A stretch of DNA of 64,000 bases from Candidatus Omnitrophota bacterium. GTDB taxonomy: Bacteria > Omnitrophota > Gorgyraeia > 2-02-FULL-51-18. Positions 1-9,136 of this stretch are shown here, in pieces. Position numbers and translations under genes: made by a program. The notes beneath the pieces are model-generated. The model was given only the letters and a program-made list of their open reading frames with translations, made no database searches and was not told the DNA's origin. The stretch covers positions 8,157 through 72,156 of the forward strand of contig JACPWF010000015.1 of the NCBI GenBank assembly GCA_016197155.1, read 5' to 3'. Every line of letters starts with the position of its first letter. The first letter of the stretch is position 1.

Positions 1-180
1 CGCTTGCACGCCGGGCGAACCTGACCTCGACCGGTTTCTGGGGATCGATGACTTTCTGGGCCGGCACGCCGAGTCTTTTATCAGGAAGTACTATGATTTT
101 TTGATGACATTTAACCGGTGGGGGAGGCGGCCGCCTTTTTCATGGATTTTCAGCCGCGTGATCGTCGCCGGGAGGAAACC

Positions 181-1224
181 GTGAGAGTGGCGTTTTTCAC
201 TTATCCCAGCGCTTTTCAAAATATCGGCGGCGGCGAAGTCTTGATGATGAAGCTGGCGCGTTTTTTGCCCGGCGAGGACGTGGAAGTCAAATTTTTTGAT
301 ATTTGGAAAGACCGGTTGGCCGATTTTGATGTTCTGCATATTTTTTCTTGTCAAAAAGAATGCCTGGGTCTTGTGGAAAATGCGCGCGCGTCGAAAGTGC
401 CGGTTGTGGTGCACCCCATCGCTTTTGAAACCTGGAGTTCCGTTTGGCATGGGGTCATGCCCGATGCCCGCATAGCCTCACTCATTCGTTTTGCCGCAAA
501 AAAAATGGCGCCCCGGATCTCTTCGGACCGGCGGAGGGTGTTGATGCGGGCAAACCTGCTTTTTCCCAATTCTGAAAAAGAGGCCGCTTACCTTGAGCGC
601 CACTTCGCGGTGGACCGACAAAAAATGTTTGTGGTGCCCAATGGCGTTGATGCCGAGGCGGAACAAGCGTCGGGGGCACTTTTTACGAGCCGGACGGGCC
701 TGAAAGATTTTGTGCTTTGCGCCGGCCGCGTTGAGCCGCGCAAGAACCAGAAAAATCTGGTATTGGCGGCGCGGGATCTTCAAACGAACGTCGTTGTCTT
801 GGGGGATCCGGTGAAAGGGTATGAGTCCTATTATCGGGAGTGCCGCCGGCTGGCGCCTGGAAACGTTACTTTCTTGCCTTCTTACCCATTTGGCGCGCCG
901 GAATTGTATTCGGCCTATGCGGCCGCCGTAGCGCTTGTCCTGCCGGCCTTTGTGGAAACGCCGGGCCTCGTCGGTCTTGAGGCAGGGCTTATCGGAAAAC
1001 CCCTGGCTGTAACAAATGGCGGTCCGACGCGTGAATATTACGACCGGGACGTCGTTTATCTGAATCCGGCCAGCCCGGCTTCCATTGCGCAGGCCATTCG
1101 TGCCGCCCTGCGGAAGGGCCCCAGTGACTCCCTTCGCCGAAAGATCAGGGAAAAATACCTTTGGTCAAAAGTTGCGGCGCGTGTCAGGGAGGGGTATGAG
1201 CGGGCCGGCGGGGTTTCCGCATGA
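181..1224 (+). CDS. Glycosyltransferase family 1 (GT4-type).
   Basis: C-terminal GT1 signature EPRKNQ...VETPGLVGLEAGLIGKPL...NGGPTREY. Start placed at GTG 181 directly after GGGAGGA; the ORF track begins at 118. Confidence 0.65.
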   Translation: MRVAFFTYPSAFQNIGGGEVLMMKLARFLPGEDVEVKFFDIWKDRLADFDVLHIFSCQKECLGLVENARASKVPVVVHPIAFETWSSVWHGVMPDARIASLIRFAAKKMAPRISSDRRRVLMRANLLFPNSEKEAAYLERHFAVDRQKMFVVPNGVDAEAEQASGALFTSRTGLKDFVLCAGRVEPRKNQKNLVLAARDLQTNVVVLGDPVKGYESYYRECRRLAPGNVTFLPSYPFGAPELYSAYAAAVALVLPAFVETPGLVGLEAGLIGKPLAVTNGGPTREYYDRDVVYLNPASPASIAQAIRAALRKGPSDSLRRKIREKYLWSKVAARVREGYERAGGVSA

Positions 1225-2696
1225 TGGCCGCAGGTCTGATCTTGGGCGTGGCGCTACGTTTTCTCATGCTGGCGAGTTCCAAATCCTTTTGGGGGGATGA
1301 GTGGTTCACCATGGGTCTTGTCCAGAAGCCGACGCTCGCCGTTTTTTACGGAGCGGTTCAAGATGTGCACCCGCCGTTTTATTTTTTGTTGCTTCACGGC
1401 GTCACGCGATTTTTGGGGATGGGTGAGTGGGCTCTTCGCAGCGTCTCGATCGCGGCGGGTGTGGGGCTACTCGTCGCGGTGTATTTTTTGGCGGAAACGC
1501 TTTTTTCAAGAAATCGGGCGGTACTCGCACTGTTTTTAACGGCAATTTCTCCGTATTGGCTGCAATCGTCCAATGAGGTTCGAGGCTACAGTTTGCTGGC
1601 TTTTTTGGCTTGCGCGAGCGCCGTCTTCTTTTTAAAAGCGCTCAAAAATCCCGGACAAAAGAAATGGGTTTGGGGGTACGGACTATTTTTGATCCTGGCC
1701 GTTTATACGGAGCACTATGCGTGGTTTATCTGGTTGGCTGTGTCCATCACCGTATTTCTCAGTCGAGGAGAAAACGGGATCCGTAGCGATTGGGCACGGA
1801 TCCAGACGGGGTTTTTCATCCTGGGCCTGCCGTCTTTGGCGATGATCGTGTTTCAGGCGTTTTTTCGGGAAAACATGTTTCACATATACCGCGTGCGCGA
1901 ATACCAAAACTTCTTCATGATTTTAAAAAAAGTGGTCGGTCTTTTTTGGCATTTTTCCTGCGGCTACACCTACGCGATGCTCGATCAGGAACGCATCCGT
2001 TATCATTTGCAGCATTCGGGGTTTTTCTGGACATCCGCCATCACGGCGTTGGCTGCGTCAGCATGCGCAGGCGGCGCGTTGGCGCGACTTTTTCGGCGGG
2101 ATATAAAAAAATTCGGATTTTCCTTCTCCATTCTCGTGCTCCCGGTTCTTTTTCTGGCCTTTTTTTATCCTATACGTTTGGATGCCCGCTATTTGTCTTT
2201 TGCCGCGCCGATTTTTTACGTGCTGCTTGCCGATGGGTTTTGCCGGATCCAAAACAGAATTTGGGCAACCGTGCTTATCGGATCTTATCTTTTGGTGTCG
2301 AGTGTCGGATCGGCGCAGGCTATTTTTTTGAAAACGGACCCCGTACATAAAGAGGACTATTTGAGCCAAATTCTTTACGTGCGCGATCGGGTTCACCCGA
2401 AAGACGCCACATGCGGAGAAGCGCCGCAGATCGCTTACTATCAAAAACGGCGCGGAATAAAAATAGAGGCCCCCTCGTTTGCGATTTGGGATGAGTTCGC
2501 CGCTTCCGATACGAGCCGCTTTGATCGTGTCTGGCTTTTGGATGCCAGAAACATGAATCGCCGGGCGGCTGAGAATGATTTTCAAAGGGTGACAGGCTAT
2601 TTTTCCTCACTGGGTTTCTATCCGGCCGCCGGCCCGATCGTGTTTGGCGGCGACGAAGGGCTCACGGTTGTTTGTCTTTTCGACAGAAAGAAATAA
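1221..2696 (+). CDS. GT-C membrane glycosyltransferase (ArnT/PMT-like, GT39/GT83 family).
   Basis: Polytopic hydrophobic protein with N-terminal FWGDEWFT...VHPPFYFLLLHG loop motif typical of ArnT/PMT_2 family. ATGA overlap with upstream gene. Confidence 0.6.
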   Translation: MMAAGLILGVALRFLMLASSKSFWGDEWFTMGLVQKPTLAVFYGAVQDVHPPFYFLLLHGVTRFLGMGEWALRSVSIAAGVGLLVAVYFLAETLFSRNRAVLALFLTAISPYWLQSSNEVRGYSLLAFLACASAVFFLKALKNPGQKKWVWGYGLFLILAVYTEHYAWFIWLAVSITVFLSRGENGIRSDWARIQTGFFILGLPSLAMIVFQAFFRENMFHIYRVREYQNFFMILKKVVGLFWHFSCGYTYAMLDQERIRYHLQHSGFFWTSAITALAASACAGGALARLFRRDIKKFGFSFSILVLPVLFLAFFYPIRLDARYLSFAAPIFYVLLADGFCRIQNRIWATVLIGSYLLVSSVGSAQAIFLKTDPVHKEDYLSQILYVRDRVHPKDATCGEAPQIAYYQKRRGIKIEAPSFAIWDEFAASDTSRFDRVWLLDARNMNRRAAENDFQRVTGYFSSLGFYPAAGPIVFGGDEGLTVVCLFDRKK

Positions 2697-2699
2697 AAG

Positions 2700-3383
2700 A
2701 TGCTTTCGGTTGTTTTACCTGTCTATAATGAAAAAAATACGATTGGCCAAATGTTGCAAGCCATTTTGCACGTTCCCGGGGAAAAAGAAATACTGGTTAT
2801 CGATGACGGCTCGAACGACGGGACGCGCGAACTGATTCGATTGGCTTATGCGAATCAAAAGGATGTCCGGATTATTTTTCATGAAAAAAATGTGGGGAAG
2901 GGCGGGGCGATTCGGAGCGGCCTTCGAACAGCCTCCGGGGATGTCGTGATCATCCAGGACGCGGATCTGGAATACGATCCGGCCGATTACCCGCGGCTTT
3001 TGGCCGCGATGGAGCAAACGGGCGCTCGCGCGGTATATGGCTCGCGGTTTTTGAATAAAAAAAAAGTGACGCCCTTTTGGCACCGCGCCGTGAATTATTT
3101 TTTGACCGGGCTCACGAACGCCCTTTACGGGTCGAAGCTGACCGACATGGAGACCTGTTACAAACTCGTCAAAAAGGATGTTTTGGATTCCTTGAAATTG
3201 GAATCCAATAGTTTTGAAATTGAGGCCGAGATCACGGCCAAGCTCCTGAAAAGGGGCGAGCGAATCGTGGAGGTCCCGATTTCCTACAAAGGCCGCTCTT
3301 ATCACGAAGGAAAAAAAATCGGATGGAGGGACGGCCTAAAAGCCGTCGGCGCGCTTTTTCGGTATCGCTGGAGCCGGGGATGA
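2700..3383 (+). CDS. GT2 polyprenyl-phosphate sugar synthase (DPM1/ArnC-like).
   Basis: LSVVLPVYNE...VIDDGSNDGT...IIQDADLEYDP motifs of GT2 dolichyl/undecaprenyl-phosphate glycosyltransferases. Confidence 0.7.
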   Translation: MLSVVLPVYNEKNTIGQMLQAILHVPGEKEILVIDDGSNDGTRELIRLAYANQKDVRIIFHEKNVGKGGAIRSGLRTASGDVVIIQDADLEYDPADYPRLLAAMEQTGARAVYGSRFLNKKKVTPFWHRAVNYFLTGLTNALYGSKLTDMETCYKLVKKDVLDSLKLESNSFEIEAEITAKLLKRGERIVEVPISYKGRSYHEGKKIGWRDGLKAVGALFRYRWSRG

Positions 3384-4516
3384 AATATCTTTTTCGAAAA
3401 AAGATCAATATTTTTCTGGCCTGGCTCTTTGACGCAATGGGCGCTCTTTTCTTTAGGACGCGCCGTAAAGGATTGCTGGAAAATGTTTCGAGCATTCTCG
3501 TGATCCGTCTCGATCACCTGGGCGACGTATTTTTGTCGAGCGGCGTGCCGAAGGCATTGAAAGAGGCCTACCCGCGCGCGCGGGTGATTTTTCTCGTGTC
3601 CAGTTTTGCCGCGCCCCTTCTTCAAAACAACCCTTTTGTCGATGAGCTTTTGATCTACGACGCGCCGTGGTTCTTTCAGAACCGTTACGCCCGGAGCGGG
3701 AAAAGTTTAAAATTTTTTCAACTGGTGAGACTTTTGAAAGAAAAATCCATCGACCTGGGCCTGGCCCTGCGCGGGGATGTGCGGGAAAATTTGATGCTTT
3801 GGCTGGCCAGCGTCAGGGAGCGGGCGGGTTTTGGGGTCACGGGTGGCGGGTTTTTATTGAACTGGCCGGTGTTTTACAGGCCCGGCGTTCACGAGAGCCG
3901 GCACACCCTCGATCTTTTAAACGCCATCGGCATCCGCACGGGGCCGCTTGAGCCCGCGCTTTATTTTTCAAAAGAAGAGGAGGCCTCGCTCCCGGCGCTC
4001 ACGAATCGTCTGGGTTTAAAATCCGATGAGAAATATGTCGGCCTGCAATTGGGCGCCGGATCGCCCGCGAAGGCCTGGCCGGAGGAAAACCTGAGCACGT
4101 TTTTGCTGGATTTTTCGGACCGTTTTCCCGAATACAGGGTTGTCTTTGTGGGATCGGGAAGCCAAAAGGCCGGCCGCGCGGTCTTTGACGTGTGCCCGAC
4201 AGGCCTTTCGCTTTTGGGGAAGACGACTTTGAGGGAGCTGTGTCTTTTGATGAAACGCTTTTCCTTTTTTATGGGTCCCGATTCGGGGCCGGCGCACATC
4301 GCGGCGGCGATGGGGGTGCGCACGATTTTTTTGTACAGCGGCACGAATGTTTTTGAGGAATGGAAACCGCTCGAGGAAAGTGCCGTGGTCTTAAGAAATC
4401 CCGTGCCCTGCTCGCCCTGCCACCGCGAGACCTGCAACGTCGACGGGCACCCGTGCATGGCAGGCATTGCGTCGCAGGATGTGATCCATGCTCTTGAAAA
4501 AATATTGAGGCCATAA
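3380..4516 (+). CDS. GT9 heptosyltransferase-family glycosyltransferase.
   Basis: ILVIRLDHLGDV...GPDSGPAHIAAAMGVRTIFLY, CSPC near C-terminus. Start chosen at internal ATG (MKYLF), because the ORF-track start at 3323 overlaps the upstream gene. Confidence 0.7.
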   Translation: MKYLFRKKINIFLAWLFDAMGALFFRTRRKGLLENVSSILVIRLDHLGDVFLSSGVPKALKEAYPRARVIFLVSSFAAPLLQNNPFVDELLIYDAPWFFQNRYARSGKSLKFFQLVRLLKEKSIDLGLALRGDVRENLMLWLASVRERAGFGVTGGGFLLNWPVFYRPGVHESRHTLDLLNAIGIRTGPLEPALYFSKEEEASLPALTNRLGLKSDEKYVGLQLGAGSPAKAWPEENLSTFLLDFSDRFPEYRVVFVGSGSQKAGRAVFDVCPTGLSLLGKTTLRELCLLMKRFSFFMGPDSGPAHIAAAMGVRTIFLYSGTNVFEEWKPLEESAVVLRNPVPCSPCHRETCNVDGHPCMAGIASQDVIHALEKILRP

Positions 4517-6334
4517 ATGAACATCCTAGGCATTTCCGCTTATTATCATGACAGCGCGGCGTGCCTCGTGCGGGACGGCGAAATCATCGCCGCCGCGCAG
4601 GAAGAGCGTTTCACGCGCAAAAAACACGACGCCTCGTTTCCGCGCAGGGCCATCGAGTACTGTTTGGCGGAGGCGGGGCTCTCGGCCGCGGATTTGGACA
4701 TCGTGGCGTTTTATGAAAAGCCGTTTCTGAAATTTGAAAGAATCTTGGAAACGGTTTTGGCCTACGCGCCGCTCGGGATCCGGTCGTTCGTGAAGGCGAT
4801 GCCGGTCTGGATCAAACAGAAGCTGTGGATCAAAGACCTCATTCAAAAAGAGCTGGGGTTCGAGGGGCGGGTGATTTTTCCGGAACATCACCAGGCCCAC
4901 GCGGCCTCCGCTTTTTTTCCGTCGCCGTTTGAGGAGGCGGCGATCCTCACGATGGACGGCGTGGGGGAATGGACGACGTCGAGCCTGGCCGTCGGGACGG
5001 GGAACAAAATGGAGATGCTTTCGGAAATCCGGTTCCCGCATTCGCTGGGACTCTTGTACTCGGCGTTCACCTATTACACGGGATTCAAAGTCAATTCGGG
5101 CGAATACAAGGTGATGGGCCTGGCCCCTTACGGCGAGCCGAAGTACAAGGAGGTCATTTTATCGAAGCTCATGGATCTGAAAGAGGACGGTTCGTTTAAA
5201 TTGAATCTCGAGTATTTCAATTATCCCGCGGGCCTGACCATGACGAGTGAAAAGTTTCATAAACTCTTCGGCGGCCCGCCGCGAAGGCCCGAGTCGCGCC
5301 TGACCCAGCGCGAAATGGATTTGGCGCGCTCGATCCAGGACGTGGTCGAGGAGGTGATGCTCCGCATGGCGCGTTTCGCGCGGAAAAAAACCGGCAAGCC
5401 CAATCTGTGCCTGGCCGGCGGCGTGGCGCTCAACTGCGTGGGCAACGGAAAAATTTTAAAAGAGAAAATTTTTGACCGCATCTGGATCCAGCCTGCCGCG
5501 GGAGACGCGGGCGGGGCGATGGGCGCCGCCCTTTTCGCGTGGCACCAGGTCCTGGGAAAACCGCGCGACGCGAAGGCCGCGGCGGAAGGGATGCGCGGAT
5601 CGTATTTGGGGCCGCGCTTCGACAATCAGGCGATCGAGAAATATTTGGAGGAGAAAAATATTCCGTTCACCCGTTTGAACGATGACCAACTGCCGGCGAC
5701 GATCGCCGATCTCATTGCCCGCGAAAAAGTGATCGGCTGGTTTCAGGGGCGGATGGAGTTTGGCCCGCGCGCGCTGGGCGCGCGCTCGATCCTCGGCGAT
5801 GCCCGTTCTCCCAAGATGCAGGAGATCATGAATCTCAAGATCAAATTTCGTGAAAGTTTCCGCCCTTTCGCGCCGTCGGTCACTCTGGAAAAAGTCGGGG
5901 ATTATTTTGAAATGGCCGGGGAGAGCCCCTACATGCTGCTCGTGGCGCCCGTCAGGGCCGACCGGTGCCGGGCCATGTCCGATAAAGAGCGCGGACTTTT
6001 CGGCATTGAAAAATTGAACGTCATCCGATCCTCCATTCCGGCCGTCACGCACGTCGATTATTCGGCGCGGATCCAGACCGTGGACGAAAAGACGCACCCG
6101 CTGTATCACCGTCTCATCAAGGCGTTTGACGAAAAGTACGGGTGTCCGGTGATCATCAACACGTCCTTCAACGTCCGCGGCGAGCCGCTGGTGTGCACGC
6201 CGGAGGAGGCCTACACCTGCTTCATGCGCACCGAGATGGATTATCTGGTCGCCGGGAATTTTTTGATTGATAAAAAAGACCAGAAACCTTTAGAATCAGA
6301 CGAGGACTGGACCAAAAAGTTCGGGCTGGACTGA
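4517..6334 (+). CDS. Carbamoyltransferase (NodU/CmcH family).
   Basis: MNILGISAYYHDSAACLVRDGEIIAAAQEERFTRKKHD N-terminus, 605 aa, typical O-carbamoyltransferase architecture. Confidence 0.8.
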   Translation: MNILGISAYYHDSAACLVRDGEIIAAAQEERFTRKKHDASFPRRAIEYCLAEAGLSAADLDIVAFYEKPFLKFERILETVLAYAPLGIRSFVKAMPVWIKQKLWIKDLIQKELGFEGRVIFPEHHQAHAASAFFPSPFEEAAILTMDGVGEWTTSSLAVGTGNKMEMLSEIRFPHSLGLLYSAFTYYTGFKVNSGEYKVMGLAPYGEPKYKEVILSKLMDLKEDGSFKLNLEYFNYPAGLTMTSEKFHKLFGGPPRRPESRLTQREMDLARSIQDVVEEVMLRMARFARKKTGKPNLCLAGGVALNCVGNGKILKEKIFDRIWIQPAAGDAGGAMGAALFAWHQVLGKPRDAKAAAEGMRGSYLGPRFDNQAIEKYLEEKNIPFTRLNDDQLPATIADLIAREKVIGWFQGRMEFGPRALGARSILGDARSPKMQEIMNLKIKFRESFRPFAPSVTLEKVGDYFEMAGESPYMLLVAPVRADRCRAMSDKERGLFGIEKLNVIRSSIPAVTHVDYSARIQTVDEKTHPLYHRLIKAFDEKYGCPVIINTSFNVRGEPLVCTPEEAYTCFMRTEMDYLVAGNFLIDKKDQKPLESDEDWTKKFGLD

Positions 6335-6336
6335 CG

Positions 6337-6753
6337 ATGCTCCTCGAAGAAATAAAAACGATTCGAAGTTCGCCGCGCGATTTGAAAACATTCGGCCTCG
6401 TGGTGGGGACTTTTTTCGCGGTCCTCGGCGCGCTTTTTCTGTGGCGGGGAAGGCCGGGGACGCTTTATTGGTTTTTAGCCGCCGCGTTTTTTTTGGTTTT
6501 AGGATTTTTGCGGCCCGCGTTTTTAAAACCCATTCAAAAAGTCTGGATGACGGCGGCCCTTCTCATGGGCTGGGTGATGACGCGCGTGGTCCTGGGCGTA
6601 CTTTTTTATGCCGTGATCACGCCGATAGGGCTCGTGTCCCGCGCGTGCGGCAAGGATTTTATGACTTCAAAGATCGATCCGGCCCAAGAGAGCTACTGGC
6701 TGACGCGGCCTCCGGGGGCGGAGGGGCCTGAGGGCTATGAAAACCAGTATTGA
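6337..6753 (+). CDS. Small membrane protein, SxtJ-like (carbamoyltransferase-associated).
   Basis: 138 aa, two TM helices, immediately downstream of the carbamoyltransferase as in sxtI-sxtJ-sxtK arrangements. Confidence 0.45.
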   Translation: MLLEEIKTIRSSPRDLKTFGLVVGTFFAVLGALFLWRGRPGTLYWFLAAAFFLVLGFLRPAFLKPIQKVWMTAALLMGWVMTRVVLGVLFYAVITPIGLVSRACGKDFMTSKIDPAQESYWLTRPPGAEGPEGYENQY

Positions 6754-6777
6754 AAATGGGCGAACCCGGAGGAGCGC

Positions 6778-6936
6778 ATGAGTAAATTTTCGATCCTGAA
6801 AGAGTTTTGGCTTTTTCTAAGAGTCCGCAAGAAATGGTGGCTCACGCCCATCGTGGTGATGCTCGTTCTTTTGGGGACGCTGGTGGTTTTCACCCAACAC
6901 TCCGCCCTGGCGCCCTTTATTTACACGCTCTTTTGA
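6778..6936 (+). CDS. 52-aa membrane mini-protein, SxtK/DUF5989-like.
   Basis: MSKFSILKEFWLFLRVRKKWWLTPIVVMLVLLGTLVVFTQHSALAPFIYTLF read directly from sequence (ATG 6778, TGA 6934-6936). It is not in the ORF track (<60 aa). The KKKWWL-PI motif is characteristic of the family. Confidence 0.5.
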   Translation: MSKFSILKEFWLFLRVRKKWWLTPIVVMLVLLGTLVVFTQHSALAPFIYTLF

Positions 6937-8036
6937 AAACCGTCGCCGTCGATGCGCGGATGTGGCGCCATCCGGGTATCGGCAGATACCTTCGCGAACT
7001 TTCTACCCGGCTCGTTTCCCAAAAGGCGCGGTATTTTTTTCATTTTTTGGGCGATGAGGCGCTGACGGCCGAGTTGCCGCGCGTGCCGGGCGCGCCGTGG
7101 GGATTCACCGCGGCGCGCGCGCCGATTTATGGCGCGGCCGAGCAATTTGAAATCCCCGCCAAAAGCGCCGGGTTTGATTTGCTCCATGTGCCGCATTTCA
7201 ATGCCCCTCTTTTTTTTCCGAAGAAACTCGCGGTCACCGTCCATGACCTCATCTATCTCCGCAACGCGGGCGCGTCGCGTTTCGGGCTGGGCGCGCTTTA
7301 CGCCCGGCGGCTTTTGAATCACATTCAAAAAAAAGCGTCGATCATCTTCACGGTGTCGGAGCACACGAAAAACGATCTTTTGAATTATTTTCCGCGTCTG
7401 GACCCCGGGCGGATTGGGGTCACGCCCGAAGCCGCGGGGCCCCTTTTCCGGAAGATCGGGGACGGGGATTCATTGAATAAAATCCGTGCGGATTATTCTC
7501 TCGACCGGCCCTTCATTTTGTGCGTGGGAAGTTTAAAAAAGCATAAGAATATTCCCGCGCTGATTCAGGCGATGGCCGATCTGCGGGAGAGAAAAAAAAT
7601 AGATCACGAGCTTGCCCTCGTGGGGCGGCCGGATCCCAAAAACCCCGGTCTTTTGAGGCTCATCCGGCGATCGGGTTTTGTCCGTTACCTGGGGGAAGTG
7701 CCCGACGAATCGCTGGCCGGGATTTACAATCTGGCCGATCTTTTCGTGATGCCGTCTTTTTTCGAGGGATTCGGCCTGCCGGTTTTGGAGGCCATGGCCT
7801 GCGGCGTGCCGGTGCTCGTTTCCAATCGCGCGAGCCTGCCCGAGGTGGGGGGAGAGGCCGCGCTCACCTTTGACCCCGGGCGGATTGACGCTCTGGGGGA
7901 GCTTCTATATAATGTCCTGCAAGACAAGGGGTTAAGATTAAAAATGATTGAAATGGGTTTTGCGCGGGCCAAAGAATTTTCCTGGGAGAGGACGGCCCGC
8001 CAAACGCTAGAGGGGTATTGCCGGGTACTCGGGTGA
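6933..8036 (+). CDS. Glycosyltransferase family 1.
   Basis: LKTVAVDARMWRHPGIGRY N-terminus and EGFGLPVLEAMACGVPVLVS C-terminal GT1 motif. Start is TTG 6933 or ATG 6960; the track ORF extends to 6807 without homology. Confidence 0.7.
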   Translation: MKTVAVDARMWRHPGIGRYLRELSTRLVSQKARYFFHFLGDEALTAELPRVPGAPWGFTAARAPIYGAAEQFEIPAKSAGFDLLHVPHFNAPLFFPKKLAVTVHDLIYLRNAGASRFGLGALYARRLLNHIQKKASIIFTVSEHTKNDLLNYFPRLDPGRIGVTPEAAGPLFRKIGDGDSLNKIRADYSLDRPFILCVGSLKKHKNIPALIQAMADLRERKKIDHELALVGRPDPKNPGLLRLIRRSGFVRYLGEVPDESLAGIYNLADLFVMPSFFEGFGLPVLEAMACGVPVLVSNRASLPEVGGEAALTFDPGRIDALGELLYNVLQDKGLRLKMIEMGFARAKEFSWERTARQTLEGYCRVLG

Positions 8037-9136
8037 AAGTCGCTCTTTCTCATGACTGGCTGAACGGCATGCGGGGCGGGGAGAAATGTTTGGAGATCTT
8101 CTGCCAAATGTTTCCGGAAAGCCCGGTTCACACTCTTTTTTACGAGAAAGAAAAAATCTCACCCGCAATCCAGCGCCACCCGATCCGCGCCTCGTTCCTT
8201 CAATTTTTCCCGGGGATCTCCGCGCATTACCGAAATTACCTGCCCTTTTTTCCTCTCGCGGTCGAATCCTTTCGTTTAAAAAATTGCGAGCTTGTGATCT
8301 CGACCAGCCACTGCGTGGCCAAAAGCATCCGGAAGCCCGCGGGCGCCTTTCATCTGTGCTACTGTTTTACCCCGATGCGGTACGCGTGGGAATTTTTTGA
8401 CGAATATTTCGGCGATAAAAATCCTTTTTCCAAGCGGCTCATCCGCGGCCTCATCCCGTTTTTAAAAAAGTGGGACCAGGACACGTCCGCCCGCGTCGAC
8501 CGTTTTGTGGCCATTTCCAAACACGTCCAAAGGCGGATTTGGAATTATTACCAGCGTGAGGCCGAGGTCATTTATCCGCCGGTCGACACGGATTTCTACA
8601 CGCCCGACGCTGCGACCGCGCCGGAGGATTTTTATCTCATCGTCTCGGCCCTCGTGCCTTACAAGAAAGTGAACCTGGCGGTCCGCGCGTTCGGCCGGAT
8701 GAAAAAACGTCTTGTCGTCATCGGCGAGGGGCCGAAGAAAAAAGATTATGAGAAGACCGCGGGGCCCTGGGTTCAATTTTTAGGCCGGCAGACGGACGCG
8801 GTGATCCGCGATCATTACCGCCGCGCGCGCGCGCTCATTTTTCCGGGGGAGGAAGATTTTGGGATCGTGCCGGTGGAGGCCCAGGCCTGCGGCCGGCCGG
8901 TCATCGCCTACGCGGCAGGGGGAGCGCTCGAAACCGTGAAGGACCATAAGACCGGGCTTTTTTTTAGCGAGCAAACCGAGGCGTCCCTGATCGACGCCGT
9001 GAGCGCGTTTGAGCGCCGCGCGTGGGATCCGGCGGAGGCCAGGGCCAACGCGATTTCATTCGGAAAGGAAAGATTCAAAAAAGAAATGGAAACCTGCCTC
9101 GAGAAAATCTTAAGCGGACGGAGTCGCGCGCGATGA
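8018..9136 (+). CDS. Glycosyltransferase family 1 (GT4).
   Basis: VKVALSHDWLNGMRGGEKCLE N-terminus and EDFGIVPVEAQACGRPVIAY C-terminal motif. Start TTG 8018 or GTG 8033. Confidence 0.7.
   Translation: MPGTRVKVALSHDWLNGMRGGEKCLEIFCQMFPESPVHTLFYEKEKISPAIQRHPIRASFLQFFPGISAHYRNYLPFFPLAVESFRLKNCELVISTSHCVAKSIRKPAGAFHLCYCFTPMRYAWEFFDEYFGDKNPFSKRLIRGLIPFLKKWDQDTSARVDRFVAISKHVQRRIWNYYQREAEVIYPPVDTDFYTPDAATAPEDFYLIVSALVPYKKVNLAVRAFGRMKKRLVVIGEGPKKKDYEKTAGPWVQFLGRQTDAVIRDHYRRARALIFPGEEDFGIVPVEAQACGRPVIAYAAGGALETVKDHKTGLFFSEQTEASLIDAVSAFERRAWDPAEARANAISFGKERFKKEMETCLEKILSGRSRAR

Noticed and set aside
2-184. Possible 3' end of an upstream + strand gene running into the window start.
   Set aside because: Only ~60 codons, no recognisable motif. 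Overlaps the GT1 start, so cannot be supported.
4526-6109. Minus-strand ORFs of 171 and 217 aa.
   Set aside because: Antisense to the carbamoyltransferase, which has a clear full-length family match.
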